The notes under the pieces: model-generated
What the model was told of the DNA's origin: nothing
Seen by the model: the letters and a program-made list of their open reading frames with translations, nothing else
The model's database searches: none
Source: Patescibacteria group bacterium
Lineage (GTDB): Bacteria; Patescibacteriota; Microgenomatia; Levybacterales; UBA12049
Direction: 5' to 3'
Length of the DNA stretch: 38,267 bases
Assembly: GCA_035260725.1 (NCBI GenBank)
Contig: DATFUR010000013.1
Span: forward strand, 1 to 38,267
Program-made: the position numbers and the translations under genes
In this document: positions 1 through 8,145 of the stretch, piece by piece
Position numbering within the stretch: the first letter of the stretch is position 1
Layout of the letters: every line of letters begins with the position of its first letter

Positions 1-3000
1 ATTACCGCAACAGCAGGAGGAAATGCTGCAGCTAAGGTATCAACAACCAAATTATTCTTTAATCCATCCACCGGTCTTTTAACATCTACAGGATTCTCCG
101 GTCCATTAACAGGAAACGTAACAGGTAATGTTTCGGGAACTGCAGCAACAGTAACAGGAGCAGCACAGTCTGCTATTACCTCAGTCGGAAGTTTGGTTTC
201 GGGTACGGTAATTGCCTCGCAGACATTCAGTACAAACGCAATTTCCGACTCTGGAGCATTAACTATTACTTCCGCAACAGCGAGTAACTTAACTCTTGGT
301 GCAGCAGGTACAACCGGAACCTTAACTCTTGGTCTTTCAACAGATACCAATACTATTAGTATTGGTGCCGGAGCAACAGCTGACACAAAGATTCAGACAA
401 TCAACATTGGTACCGGAACCGGTGTTACAACAGGTAAGGCTGTTATTACAATTGGTGAAACAAATGGAGCATCCTCTCTTACCTTAAAAGCAGGAACAGG
501 TGACATTAACTTCTATTCAACTTCAAACAAGATTACAAGTTCAGGTGCATTAACAGTTGCATCCACCATTACAGCTGCAACAACTGGCACTATTAATGGA
601 ATCAATGTCAGCTCCTCTGCAGTCTCAGGAGTTACGACTCTTGGTCTTTCTGGAGCGATAACCGGTGCCACAGCAACAAATACAATCAATGGAATAGTTA
701 TCAACTCCGGCGCTGTATCAAGTGTTTCAACATTAGGATTATCCGGTGCAATTACGGGTGCAACCGCAACCAACACTATTAATGGTTTAATTATCAATGG
801 TTCTACGCAGACATTAGCTGCTGATGGAATAACTTTTGCCGCTGGGACAGGGAGCCACAATGTAACTTTGACAGCGGGAACCGGGGGAACAACAGCAGGA
901 CTTATTGTAATTCCTGATACAACTGCGAGTCAGGTAATAACGGCAACAACAGGAACTCTCAATAACGCGGTCGGAGTTGCAGTAAATTCTGTTTCGGGAG
1001 GAGCTGCGGCCAAAATTGCTATCTCCGGAGTAGTTTCTGCAGTTGCCGATAACGTGATTGCAGTAGGAGATTATATTGGTATTGGAACAACAACTGCCGG
1101 ACGCGCAAAAAGTTTGGGGTCTACATATCCTACGACTGCAAATATCCAGGTTTTAGGAAGAGCACTTACTGCACAAGCTAGTGCCGGATCTACATTTAAT
1201 TTACTTTTGTCCGCTTTGGATAATAACGTTTCGGCAGGAGCGGCTTGTACAACTTGTATAGTCCAGATTCCAACAGGAAATACTGCAAATACAGCTAACA
1301 ACAATGTTATTTCTCCGACTGCCGGCAGCGTAAAAGGATTAACTATTAACGGAACCACCGATGCTACGACTGCTGCGGACATTTTGAATTTGATATCCGG
1401 TGTTAATACTGGTCTAACCTCGACTAACGGAATTCTTTTTAATCAAAATTCTGCCGGAACAACTACAAATGGTTTGAATATAACTCAAACAACAGGTACA
1501 TTAATAAGCGGAATTTCTTTCTCAGGGACAATCGGGACAGATATTACTACCGCTTCAGGTAGGGTTCTAAGTATCGATTCTGGTACAACGGGAGGCATCA
1601 ACATAGGTACTTCGGCCAATGCTAAAACTCTAACTCTGGGTAACACAACCGCTCAAACTAACGTAATAATAAATGCCGGAGTAACAACCAATAACACTGC
1701 GGGTTTGGCTGTTAACGCAAACGGAGCTACAACCGATACGGCTGGAGCCGTCGGAATTTCTGCAACCGGCTTGACAACAGGTACGGGACTCGCGCTTACT
1801 GTTTCGGATCCAAAAGTCAATGCAAGTGGTGCCACGAATGCAAAATTATCGACGGGTAAAATAATCAGCGTCGTCGCAACCGACGGCAAAAATTACTTGT
1901 CTTTGGACAACAGGGATTTGACAGTTGGGGGACACACAAATCAAGTTACAGTTACAAACGTCAACGATATTTATGTCTATGATACGACAAGGGATTTAGA
2001 CGGCGGAAGATGGACTCAGGATGAAAGAGCAAAGCAAGCATCCTGGTATAACGAAACAAGGACAGCGGCTGACGCTTGTACGATTGGAACAAACCTTCGT
2101 TGTGGAGCCCAGGTATTTCCAAAAAAAGCGATTTTGGTCGTAACAGCCTCCGGTACAACCAAAAATCTTCTTATATTTGACGCAAAAGACAATTCCTTGT
2201 GGATGGAATTTGACGCTTCGGGAGCGCAGGTTGCATTAGGATCATCGTCGACCACTGTTAACACTCTGTCTTCAGTATTTGCGCTCAACGGGAATATCTA
2301 TGTCGGAACTAATGGAACGACCCCGACCGGAATGTACGAAATTAACTTCAAGAACGACAAAATTACAAGGTATAACACGACAGACGCCGAAGATTATTCC
2401 GGTGCGATTTCGTCAAGAAACACGACGCAGACCGCAGCCTACAACAGCCAGGGAAGAACGGCCATGGCTATTCTTAGCGCATCGGTTAACGACGTCTTCG
2501 CCCAGCCAATTAATGGAAAAACTTTTGTTGCGGTTGCAACGGCGGGAGGAACAAACGGAGGAATTTCGCTTATTAACGAAACCTCCCAGTCGGTTGCTAA
2601 CTTAGGAACAGCCAGCAAAGCTTATACGGCTGCCTGGTACAGCCCGGACGATAATGTTTATGGTTTGAATTCGACGGATAAAGAATTGGATGTTTGGTAT
2701 CAAGCCTCCACCAAGTCCGGTAATACAGTTGCTTTCTCCGCAATGTATGACGAAACGGGTACCAGTGCAACAAGCGGGACTGGAGTTTTGGGCCCCGCCT
2801 TATTCTCGGCAGCTCCCACAATCAACGCCTCCGCGCCCGACGCTTTGTACGTAACTAATGGAACATCGACTGTAGACGGACAGTCCAACACAATTTACGT
2901 TGCGTATAATGAAGGACTTACCGTTTTGCAGGAGAAAACCGGGAACGAAACTGCAGGGTCAGTTAAGTATTATTCTTCCAATAATATTTCGGAAGAGATG

Positions 3001-6000
3001 ATTGGAGATACCAGGGCAATGCTTCCCATGGCCGGGAATACGACGCTAAATAATGCCTTGATAAGTAATGCATCAGATAAAGATGTTTCTATTAAAGCTG
3101 TAGGTTTTACTTCAAAAGGCACAACTAATGTGACCTCTGTTTCCGGAGTAAGAGGTCTTGCAAAGAATTTTGATGGTACGGCAAACTATCTTTGTACTGG
3201 AACGGTTGCAAATACTTGTGCCGATAACACTAACCTATCTATTGCAACAAATACCTTCGCCCTTAGCTTTTGGATTAAGACAACGAGCGCTGTGACAACG
3301 AGGACTATTGTTAACAAGCAGGTAACCTCAAGCCCAACAGCAGGATCTGCCGGATATTATGTCGGAATTACAACGGGACATTTATTGACTGCAAACGTAA
3401 CCGATGGAACGACTGCAATAACGGCGACATCAACAAGAATCCTTGACGATAATCTTTGGCACCACGTTGTAATTTCGGAAAATAGATTGATTAACAATTC
3501 AGCTTGTAACGCTGCCGGTAACTCGTGCACTTTGACTCAATATATCGATGGTGTCCAGGATGGTCAATCCGCTGCAAATACAACTCAATCAGGTTCGATG
3601 ACCAATACAAACTTTATGACACTAATGGCAAACTCTGCCGCAACAGCAGCACAGTTTACGGGAGGAGTTCTGGACGAGTTCTCATTCTTTGCTAATTCGA
3701 TATCGGCAGCGCAGGTTCAGAAAATGTACCAAGTTGGCTACAGAGCTTTGTTCTCAAGCAATAATGGAAGCGGTACGTTCCATTCCGCTCAAACAATTCG
3801 TGGAGTTACGGTTGCGGCGGACGCATCCCAAGCACTAAACGGCTCGTCAGTTGTCAAAGCCGTTAGACCAATGATGGATAATGGACTCATCTATACGGGA
3901 GGAGCAGCCGGAGTTTCGGTAATAGGAATTGACAATGACACTTTGCAAGATCTTTATTCTACTTCGATTACGACTAAAGACGATGTCAATGCAGCTTACG
4001 ATGCGACAAACGGAAACGCGGTCGTTTCGGTATCCAATACAAAGGGTTATGGAACCGGAACACTTTTAGCAATTGGACAAAACAACTCCGGAGCGGGTGG
4101 AATTTGGGCAGAGAGTAACGACACAACCTTTAAAGATTTCCTTGCAACAAGCTATGACCCATTTGGCATGACCTTTACCCAGACAAACTTGAGCGTAGAC
4201 AGAGTTCTAAGAGTTAGTAACCAGGGGGGATCAAGGCTAGATAATCTTACGATAACCGGCACTACTCAACCAATTGTCCCGGATATATTTAGAGTGGACA
4301 ACAACGGTGTTGCAGTCAGTGTCCCGACGGAAGCTTTATACACCAATGGAACAAACACCATTGCCGGTGTGACAATTTCTGCAATGAATAATATAACTAT
4401 GAATGGAGGAACAGCAGTAACCTTCAATGGTATTAGTACGACTACGCCAAATATAACTGGAACCTCCGGTACGCCAACAGCAAATGGAGAAAATATTACT
4501 GTTGGAACAGTAACAACTGCCGGCACCAATGATGGAATAAAGATTACCTTGCCAACGGGATCGGGTTCAATTACGACTGCCGGAACTATTAGTGGTATTG
4601 AATTGCCAACCGTGGCGGCAGGTCCCGGAGCAGGATCTTTAAATGGAATCAAGATTGGTAGCATCACTACTCCAGGTGCTGGAACAGAAACAGGGTTAAA
4701 TATTGGTTCAGGCTGGGATACGGCTATAGGCGTGACTGATTCTCAAGCCGTAGCCAATACTTTGGTAAATATTACAACATCTAATACAGGTCAAACCGGT
4801 AATTCTCTTTTGACCCAAACTGCATCAACTGCTACGGTCACCAATGGCCTGGTCAGATTTAACTTTAACGGTATACGAACGACTGCTGGCAATGGTTTCC
4901 AGATTGATGATGTCTCCACCACTCTTGCTACAGCTATGCAAGTCAATGTTAACTCTCTGACTACTGGCTTGGGACTCTCGGTCATTAACACTGGTACTGG
5001 ACTTACTACTGCAGGTGTCAACACCGGTTCATTATTAAATATCAATTCTTCCGGCGCAACCACTGCCTTTACAGGTTCTCTGGCAAATATAAACTTTGCT
5101 GGTACCGCGGTTGCAAACACTGGTGCTCTTTTGAACATCAATGCCTCGGGTACCTCCCAAATAACTCAACCTATCCTTGTTACCGACGCATCAACCGGTG
5201 CCACTACCAACGGTATGGTCCGCTTCAACTTTACTGGTGCCCGCACCGCGGCTGGCAATGGTTTCCAAATCGATGACATTTCAACAACCCTTGCAACGAC
5301 TATGAAAATTAACACCAACTCTTTAACAACAGGTAACGGTTTGGTGGTATCGGCAACAGCCGCTGGATTAACCGGTAACGCCTTGTCAGTTACCACTGGT
5401 TCAACAGGTGCGCCTACAGCCGGGTTGGTCCGCTTTAACTTCAACGGCATCCGAACAGCCGCCGGAGTTGGTTTCCAGATCGACGATATTTCGACGACGC
5501 TGGCAACTGCTATGCAACTTAATGCTAACTCACTCACAAGCGGTCTTGGATTCACGATTGCTTCCTCCGCAACCGGCATTACTACTGCCGGAACTAACGT
5601 TGGTTCACTCTTAAACGTTAATGAAACAGGCGCGATGACTGGGATGACCGGGCAACTTGTCTCCATAAACGCTTCAGGCGCAAACGCTGTCGGTTCAACC
5701 GGTTCCGCTCTTAATATCAACCTTGCCGGTACCGCGCAACTGATGAAGGGTATTACTGTAACTAGTGCAACGACTGGGGTAACGACAGATATGATGACCA
5801 TGACTTACGGAGGTATTGCAACATTGGCAACCACCAATAAATTTATTCGCTTCATTAATAGCGGTGCTGCTACTCAAGGCCAAATATCCGGAACAGGTAC
5901 CACTGGTCAAGTGGTGTATACCACCACGTCTGATCTTCGTCTGAAGCACAACGTCACTGATACTCACTTTGGTCTGACTGATCTCATGAATCTCCACGTT

Positions 6001-7260
6001 CGAGATTATATTTTCAACGCTGATACTACCAATACAATACAAACTGGTTTCGTTGCTCAGGAATTGAATGGAATATATCCAGAAGCAGTTGCAACAAATG
6101 GCGATGATGGAATGGTGTCGCTTAGCAATGATGCAATTCCATGGTCAGTCGATTACGGTAAAGTTACTCCACTTCTTGTCAAAGCCATTCAAGACCAACA
6201 AGTTCTTGTAGTTGGTTTACAGACAAGTATTGCGGCGCTTAGAGAGCTTAAACAGTCGACCAGTTCCGCAGGATTGAATAATCAAATTACTCAAGCAAGT
6301 TCTTCTGCTCAAATCTCTACATCGTCCGCACAGCTTGCTCAAAAAATCATATTTGATAATGATTTTGTAAAGGTTTTAGGTTCACTTACAGTTGACAAGT
6401 CTGCGATAGTTTCATTAGATCTTTCCGTACTTGGAAAATTAACTGCAACGGGAGGATTAACAGTTTTTGGCCCTGCAGAATTTAAAGACAAAACAATCTT
6501 TGACTCGATTGCGGAATTCTTCGGAAATGTAATATTCCACAAGGATGTAGCTTTTGAAGGCCGTCCTACATTTAACAACGATACAGCAGGCTTTGCAATT
6601 GTTAAGAAAGATGCAGAAAGCGTTGACATAGTTTTTGATAAAGAATATACACAAACACCATTGGTAAATATCTCTGTAACAATAGACGACAATGTCAATG
6701 GAAGTGCAGATCCTGCAGTTTTGGCGGCCCAAACCAAACTGGAAAGCGACATATTAAACGGAGACATAAAATATGTAGTAACCAGAAGAAATACCCGCGG
6801 ATTTACAATAAAAATAAATAAGCCCGCTGTCGGGGATATTAAATTCTCATGGACGGCATTTGCTATAAAGGACGCAAAGACTGCGGTTAGTAGTGCTGTT
6901 TTGTCTACTCAAACATCAACGCCTACGCCCACGGCCACGCCGATTGCAACACCTGTCCCAACTGTAGTTCCCACCCCGACTCCATTGGTTTCTGCAAGTC
7001 CGACTCCCACACCAACTCCTACACCTAGCGCAACGCCGGTTGCATCTGTTCAGAGTGCATCGCAAACCTTAACGGTTAACCAAAACGATCTTGGATTTTT
7101 GAGAGTCAGAGATATTCCTGCTGCATCGGGGAGTGAGTTAGCGCAAGTTAACCCGGGCCAAACGTTTGAAATTAAAGGCACAGATAATGGATGGTATAAA
7201 ATTGAATATTCAACGGGCGCCTTCGGATGGGTTAGTGGAAGTTATGTAACTTTAAATTAA
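1..7260 (+). CDS. giant secreted/surface fibre- or adhesin-like protein, 5' end outside window (2419 aa in window)
   Basis: Frame 1 is open from nt 1 (ITATAGGNAAAKVSTTKLFFNPSTG...). The TTG at 193 used by the ORF track is therefore not the true start. Stop TAA 7258-7260. Composition is T/G/A/N/S-rich with fibre-like repeats. LamG-like, S74-like, PT-linker and SH3b-like blocks are listed separately. Confidence 0.9.
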   Translation: MTATAGGNAAAKVSTTKLFFNPSTGLLTSTGFSGPLTGNVTGNVSGTAATVTGAAQSAITSVGSLVSGTVIASQTFSTNAISDSGALTITSATASNLTLGAAGTTGTLTLGLSTDTNTISIGAGATADTKIQTINIGTGTGVTTGKAVITIGETNGASSLTLKAGTGDINFYSTSNKITSSGALTVASTITAATTGTINGINVSSSAVSGVTTLGLSGAITGATATNTINGIVINSGAVSSVSTLGLSGAITGATATNTINGLIINGSTQTLAADGITFAAGTGSHNVTLTAGTGGTTAGLIVIPDTTASQVITATTGTLNNAVGVAVNSVSGGAAAKIAISGVVSAVADNVIAVGDYIGIGTTTAGRAKSLGSTYPTTANIQVLGRALTAQASAGSTFNLLLSALDNNVSAGAACTTCIVQIPTGNTANTANNNVISPTAGSVKGLTINGTTDATTAADILNLISGVNTGLTSTNGILFNQNSAGTTTNGLNITQTTGTLISGISFSGTIGTDITTASGRVLSIDSGTTGGINIGTSANAKTLTLGNTTAQTNVIINAGVTTNNTAGLAVNANGATTDTAGAVGISATGLTTGTGLALTVSDPKVNASGATNAKLSTGKIISVVATDGKNYLSLDNRDLTVGGHTNQVTVTNVNDIYVYDTTRDLDGGRWTQDERAKQASWYNETRTAADACTIGTNLRCGAQVFPKKAILVVTASGTTKNLLIFDAKDNSLWMEFDASGAQVALGSSSTTVNTLSSVFALNGNIYVGTNGTTPTGMYEINFKNDKITRYNTTDAEDYSGAISSRNTTQTAAYNSQGRTAMAILSASVNDVFAQPINGKTFVAVATAGGTNGGISLINETSQSVANLGTASKAYTAAWYSPDDNVYGLNSTDKELDVWYQASTKSGNTVAFSAMYDETGTSATSGTGVLGPALFSAAPTINASAPDALYVTNGTSTVDGQSNTIYVAYNEGLTVLQEKTGNETAGSVKYYSSNNISEEMIGDTRAMLPMAGNTTLNNALISNASDKDVSIKAVGFTSKGTTNVTSVSGVRGLAKNFDGTANYLCTGTVANTCADNTNLSIATNTFALSFWIKTTSAVTTRTIVNKQVTSSPTAGSAGYYVGITTGHLLTANVTDGTTAITATSTRILDDNLWHHVVISENRLINNSACNAAGNSCTLTQYIDGVQDGQSAANTTQSGSMTNTNFMTLMANSAATAAQFTGGVLDEFSFFANSISAAQVQKMYQVGYRALFSSNNGSGTFHSAQTIRGVTVAADASQALNGSSVVKAVRPMMDNGLIYTGGAAGVSVIGIDNDTLQDLYSTSITTKDDVNAAYDATNGNAVVSVSNTKGYGTGTLLAIGQNNSGAGGIWAESNDTTFKDFLATSYDPFGMTFTQTNLSVDRVLRVSNQGGSRLDNLTITGTTQPIVPDIFRVDNNGVAVSVPTEALYTNGTNTIAGVTISAMNNITMNGGTAVTFNGISTTTPNITGTSGTPTANGENITVGTVTTAGTNDGIKITLPTGSGSITTAGTISGIELPTVAAGPGAGSLNGIKIGSITTPGAGTETGLNIGSGWDTAIGVTDSQAVANTLVNITTSNTGQTGNSLLTQTASTATVTNGLVRFNFNGIRTTAGNGFQIDDVSTTLATAMQVNVNSLTTGLGLSVINTGTGLTTAGVNTGSLLNINSSGATTAFTGSLANINFAGTAVANTGALLNINASGTSQITQPILVTDASTGATTNGMVRFNFTGARTAAGNGFQIDDISTTLATTMKINTNSLTTGNGLVVSATAAGLTGNALSVTTGSTGAPTAGLVRFNFNGIRTAAGVGFQIDDISTTLATAMQLNANSLTSGLGFTIASSATGITTAGTNVGSLLNVNETGAMTGMTGQLVSINASGANAVGSTGSALNINLAGTAQLMKGITVTSATTGVTTDMMTMTYGGIATLATTNKFIRFINSGAATQGQISGTGTTGQVVYTTTSDLRLKHNVTDTHFGLTDLMNLHVRDYIFNADTTNTIQTGFVAQELNGIYPEAVATNGDDGMVSLSNDAIPWSVDYGKVTPLLVKAIQDQQVLVVGLQTSIAALRELKQSTSSAGLNNQITQASSSAQISTSSAQLAQKIIFDNDFVKVLGSLTVDKSAIVSLDLSVLGKLTATGGLTVFGPAEFKDKTIFDSIAEFFGNVIFHKDVAFEGRPTFNNDTAGFAIVKKDAESVDIVFDKEYTQTPLVNISVTIDDNVNGSADPAVLAAQTKLESDILNGDIKYVVTRRNTRGFTIKINKPAVGDIKFSWTAFAIKDAKTAVSSAVLSTQTSTPTPTATPIATPVPTVVPTPTPLVSASPTPTPTPTPSATPVASVQSASQTLTVNQNDLGFLRVRDIPAASGSELAQVNPGQTFEIKGTDNGWYKIEYSTGAFGWVSGSYVTLN
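619..804 (+). repeat. two tandem 31-aa (93-nt) protein repeats inside the giant gene
   Basis: Unit 1 is 619-711 and unit 2 is 712-804. The core LGLSGAITGATATNTING is identical at protein level in both units, but 15 of its 18 codons differ synonymously (ctt/tta, ggt/gga, tct/tcc, ...). Confidence 0.85.
3166..3740 (+). other. LamG / concanavalin-A-like lectin domain (Laminin_G_3-like) within the giant protein
   Basis: The family's hallmark order of motifs is present: NFDGTANYL ... FALSFWIKT ... LWHHVVISE ... QYIDGVQ ... GVLDEFSFFANSISAAQVQKMY. Confidence 0.7.
4840..5560 (+). repeat. three diverged copies of a roughly 45-50-aa core repeat within the giant protein
   Basis: The core G[LM]VRFNF.G.RT.AG.GFQIDD[VI]STTLAT.M..N.NSLT.G.G starts near 4840, 5206 and 5413. 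Spacing is 366 and 207 nt. Protein identity is high and nucleotide identity is moderate. Confidence 0.85.
5920..6250 (+). other. Peptidase_S74-like intramolecular chaperone auto-processing domain (phage tail-fibre / endosialidase type)
   Basis: TTTSDLRLKHNV...LHVRDYIF...TGFVAQELNGIYPEAV...VDYGKVTPLLVKAIQDQQ. The Ser codon is at 5929-5931 and the Lys codon at 5944-5946. This gives the S-x4-K dyad spacing of endosialidase-type self-cleaving chaperone domains. Confidence 0.75.
6919..7039 (+). repeat. Pro/Thr-rich linker (TPTPTATPIATPVPTVVPTPTPLVSASPTPTPTPTPSATP)
   Basis: Direct translation. It is low-complexity at protein level, and codon usage varies between repeats. Confidence 0.9.
7090..7257 (+). 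other. bacterial SH3 (SH3b)-like C-terminal domain of the giant protein
   Basis: LRVRDIPAASGSELAQVNPGQTFEIKGTDNGWYKIEYSTGAFGWVSGSYVTL matches the usual SH3b pattern (LNVR..ps......l..G......... gWykV.....GWv...Yl). Confidence 0.65.
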
Positions 7261-7266
7261 TGGTGC

Positions 7267-7295
7267 TTGACAAGAAAATCTAATTACTTTACGAT
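7267..7295 (+). promoter_or_regulatory. sigma70-like promoter, leaderless configuration
   Basis: TTGACA(7267-7272)-N17-TACGAT(7290-7295)-N6-ATG(7302). Confidence 0.55.
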
Positions 7296-7301
7296 TTTTA
7301 T

Positions 7302-7739
7302 ATGAAGCTTTTATTGAAATGGTCGAAAAATCATTTTTTCCTCGTAATTCTTCTTGCCATAACTCTTCTTTCTTCGCTTTACTATTACACACAGCTTCAA
7401 AAAACCCAAAAAGAATTGGCAGATCTTAAGAAAAATCCAACAGTCGCAGCCCAAAATGAAAACAATGCTCTTATTGCAAAAGTAGGCCAGCTAGTAGTAT
7501 TGCCAACAGGAGAAACGCCAACAATCGCAACAGTTTCGGATATAAGTAAACTAAAAAATCAGCCGTTTTTCTCCAAAGCAGAGAACGGAGACAAAATTTT
7601 AATTTATACACAAGCTAAAAAAGCTTATCTTTACTCTGTTGGGTTGAATAAAATTCTAGACGTTGCACCGGTCAATATAGGAGCGCAAGGAAATAGCCCT
7701 CAAGTAGCAGGTGAATCAACCGGACCTATAAAAAAATAA
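7302..7739 (+). CDS. membrane-anchored hypothetical protein, tandem paralog 1
   Basis: ATG start. N-terminal hydrophobic helix (FFLVILLAITLLSSLYYY). Its core, LPTGETPTIATVSDISKLKNQPFFSKAENGDKILIYTQAKKAYLY...APVNIG, is shared with the next gene. A consensus promoter lies directly upstream. Confidence 0.8.
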   Translation: MKLLLKWSKNHFFLVILLAITLLSSLYYYTQLQKTQKELADLKKNPTVAAQNENNALIAKVGQLVVLPTGETPTIATVSDISKLKNQPFFSKAENGDKILIYTQAKKAYLYSVGLNKILDVAPVNIGAQGNSPQVAGESTGPIKK

Positions 7740-7740
7740 T

Positions 7741-8145
7741 ATGGCAAAACAAATAGTACTTATTGTTCTTTTGATTCTGGCCATAATCGGAGGAGTTTTT
7801 GCGTTCACAAAATATCAGGCAACGCAGACGGAACTTACAAAATTAAAGCAAAATCCTCAATCTGTTGCCCAACAGGAAGTAAAAGATTTAGTCGCTCAAG
7901 TTGGTAAAATAGTAGAGCTTCCAACAGGAGAAACGCCAACAGTTGCAACAATTACAGACAAATCAAAGCTTACAGATCAACAGTTTTTTGCTAATGCGCA
8001 AAACGGAGACAAGGTTTTAATCTATGTGCAGGCTAAAAAAGCTTATCTTTATAGACCTTCAACAAACAAGCTCATTGATATAGCGCCGGTAAATGTGGGA
8101 ACAGCTTCCGCAAGTCCATCCCCGTCAGCAACCCCTAAGAAATAG
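7741..8145 (+). CDS. membrane-anchored hypothetical protein, tandem paralog 2
   Basis: ATG one nt after the previous stop. N-terminal helix IVLIVLLILAIIGGVFAF. The core LPTGETPTVATITDKSKLTDQQFFANAQNGDKVLIYVQAKKAYLY...APVNVG is paralogous to 7302-7739. Confidence 0.8.
   Translation: MAKQIVLIVLLILAIIGGVFAFTKYQATQTELTKLKQNPQSVAQQEVKDLVAQVGKIVELPTGETPTVATITDKSKLTDQQFFANAQNGDKVLIYVQAKKAYLYRPSTNKLIDIAPVNVGTASASPSPSATPKK

Noticed and set aside
4840-5560. The three repeats as template/variable repeats of a diversity-generating retroelement.
   Set aside because: No reverse transcriptase is in the window. Differences between copies are spread over all four bases and are mostly synonymous or conservative, not adenine-specific.
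513-6767. Numerous minus-strand and alternate-frame ORFs inside the giant gene (513-860, 1071-1382, 1653-1889, 4266-4667, 4791-5141, 5166-5801, 6339-6767 and others).
   Set aside because: They are shadow frames of a long Thr/Gly/Ala/Asn-rich coding frame that is poor in stop-complementary triplets. Their translations are low-complexity V/P/A-rich strings with no motifs. The frame-1 product has multiple recognisable domains.
6919-7039. PT-linker coding repeats (also 18700-18740, 19010-19030 and 21930-21960) as microsatellites, contingency loci or CRISPR-like arrays.
   Set aside because: Codons vary between successive Thr-Pro units (acg cct acg ccc acg gcc ...), so there is no long perfect nucleotide tandem repeat. 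There is no repeat-spacer organisation.
1-8145. Possibility that the giant S74-containing gene marks a prophage tail-fibre module.
   Set aside because: No capsid, terminase, portal, baseplate, integrase or lysis genes are nearby. Its downstream neighbours are small membrane proteins and lipid-headgroup genes. The upstream side is outside the window, so a phage origin for the module itself remains possible, but a resident prophage is not supported.
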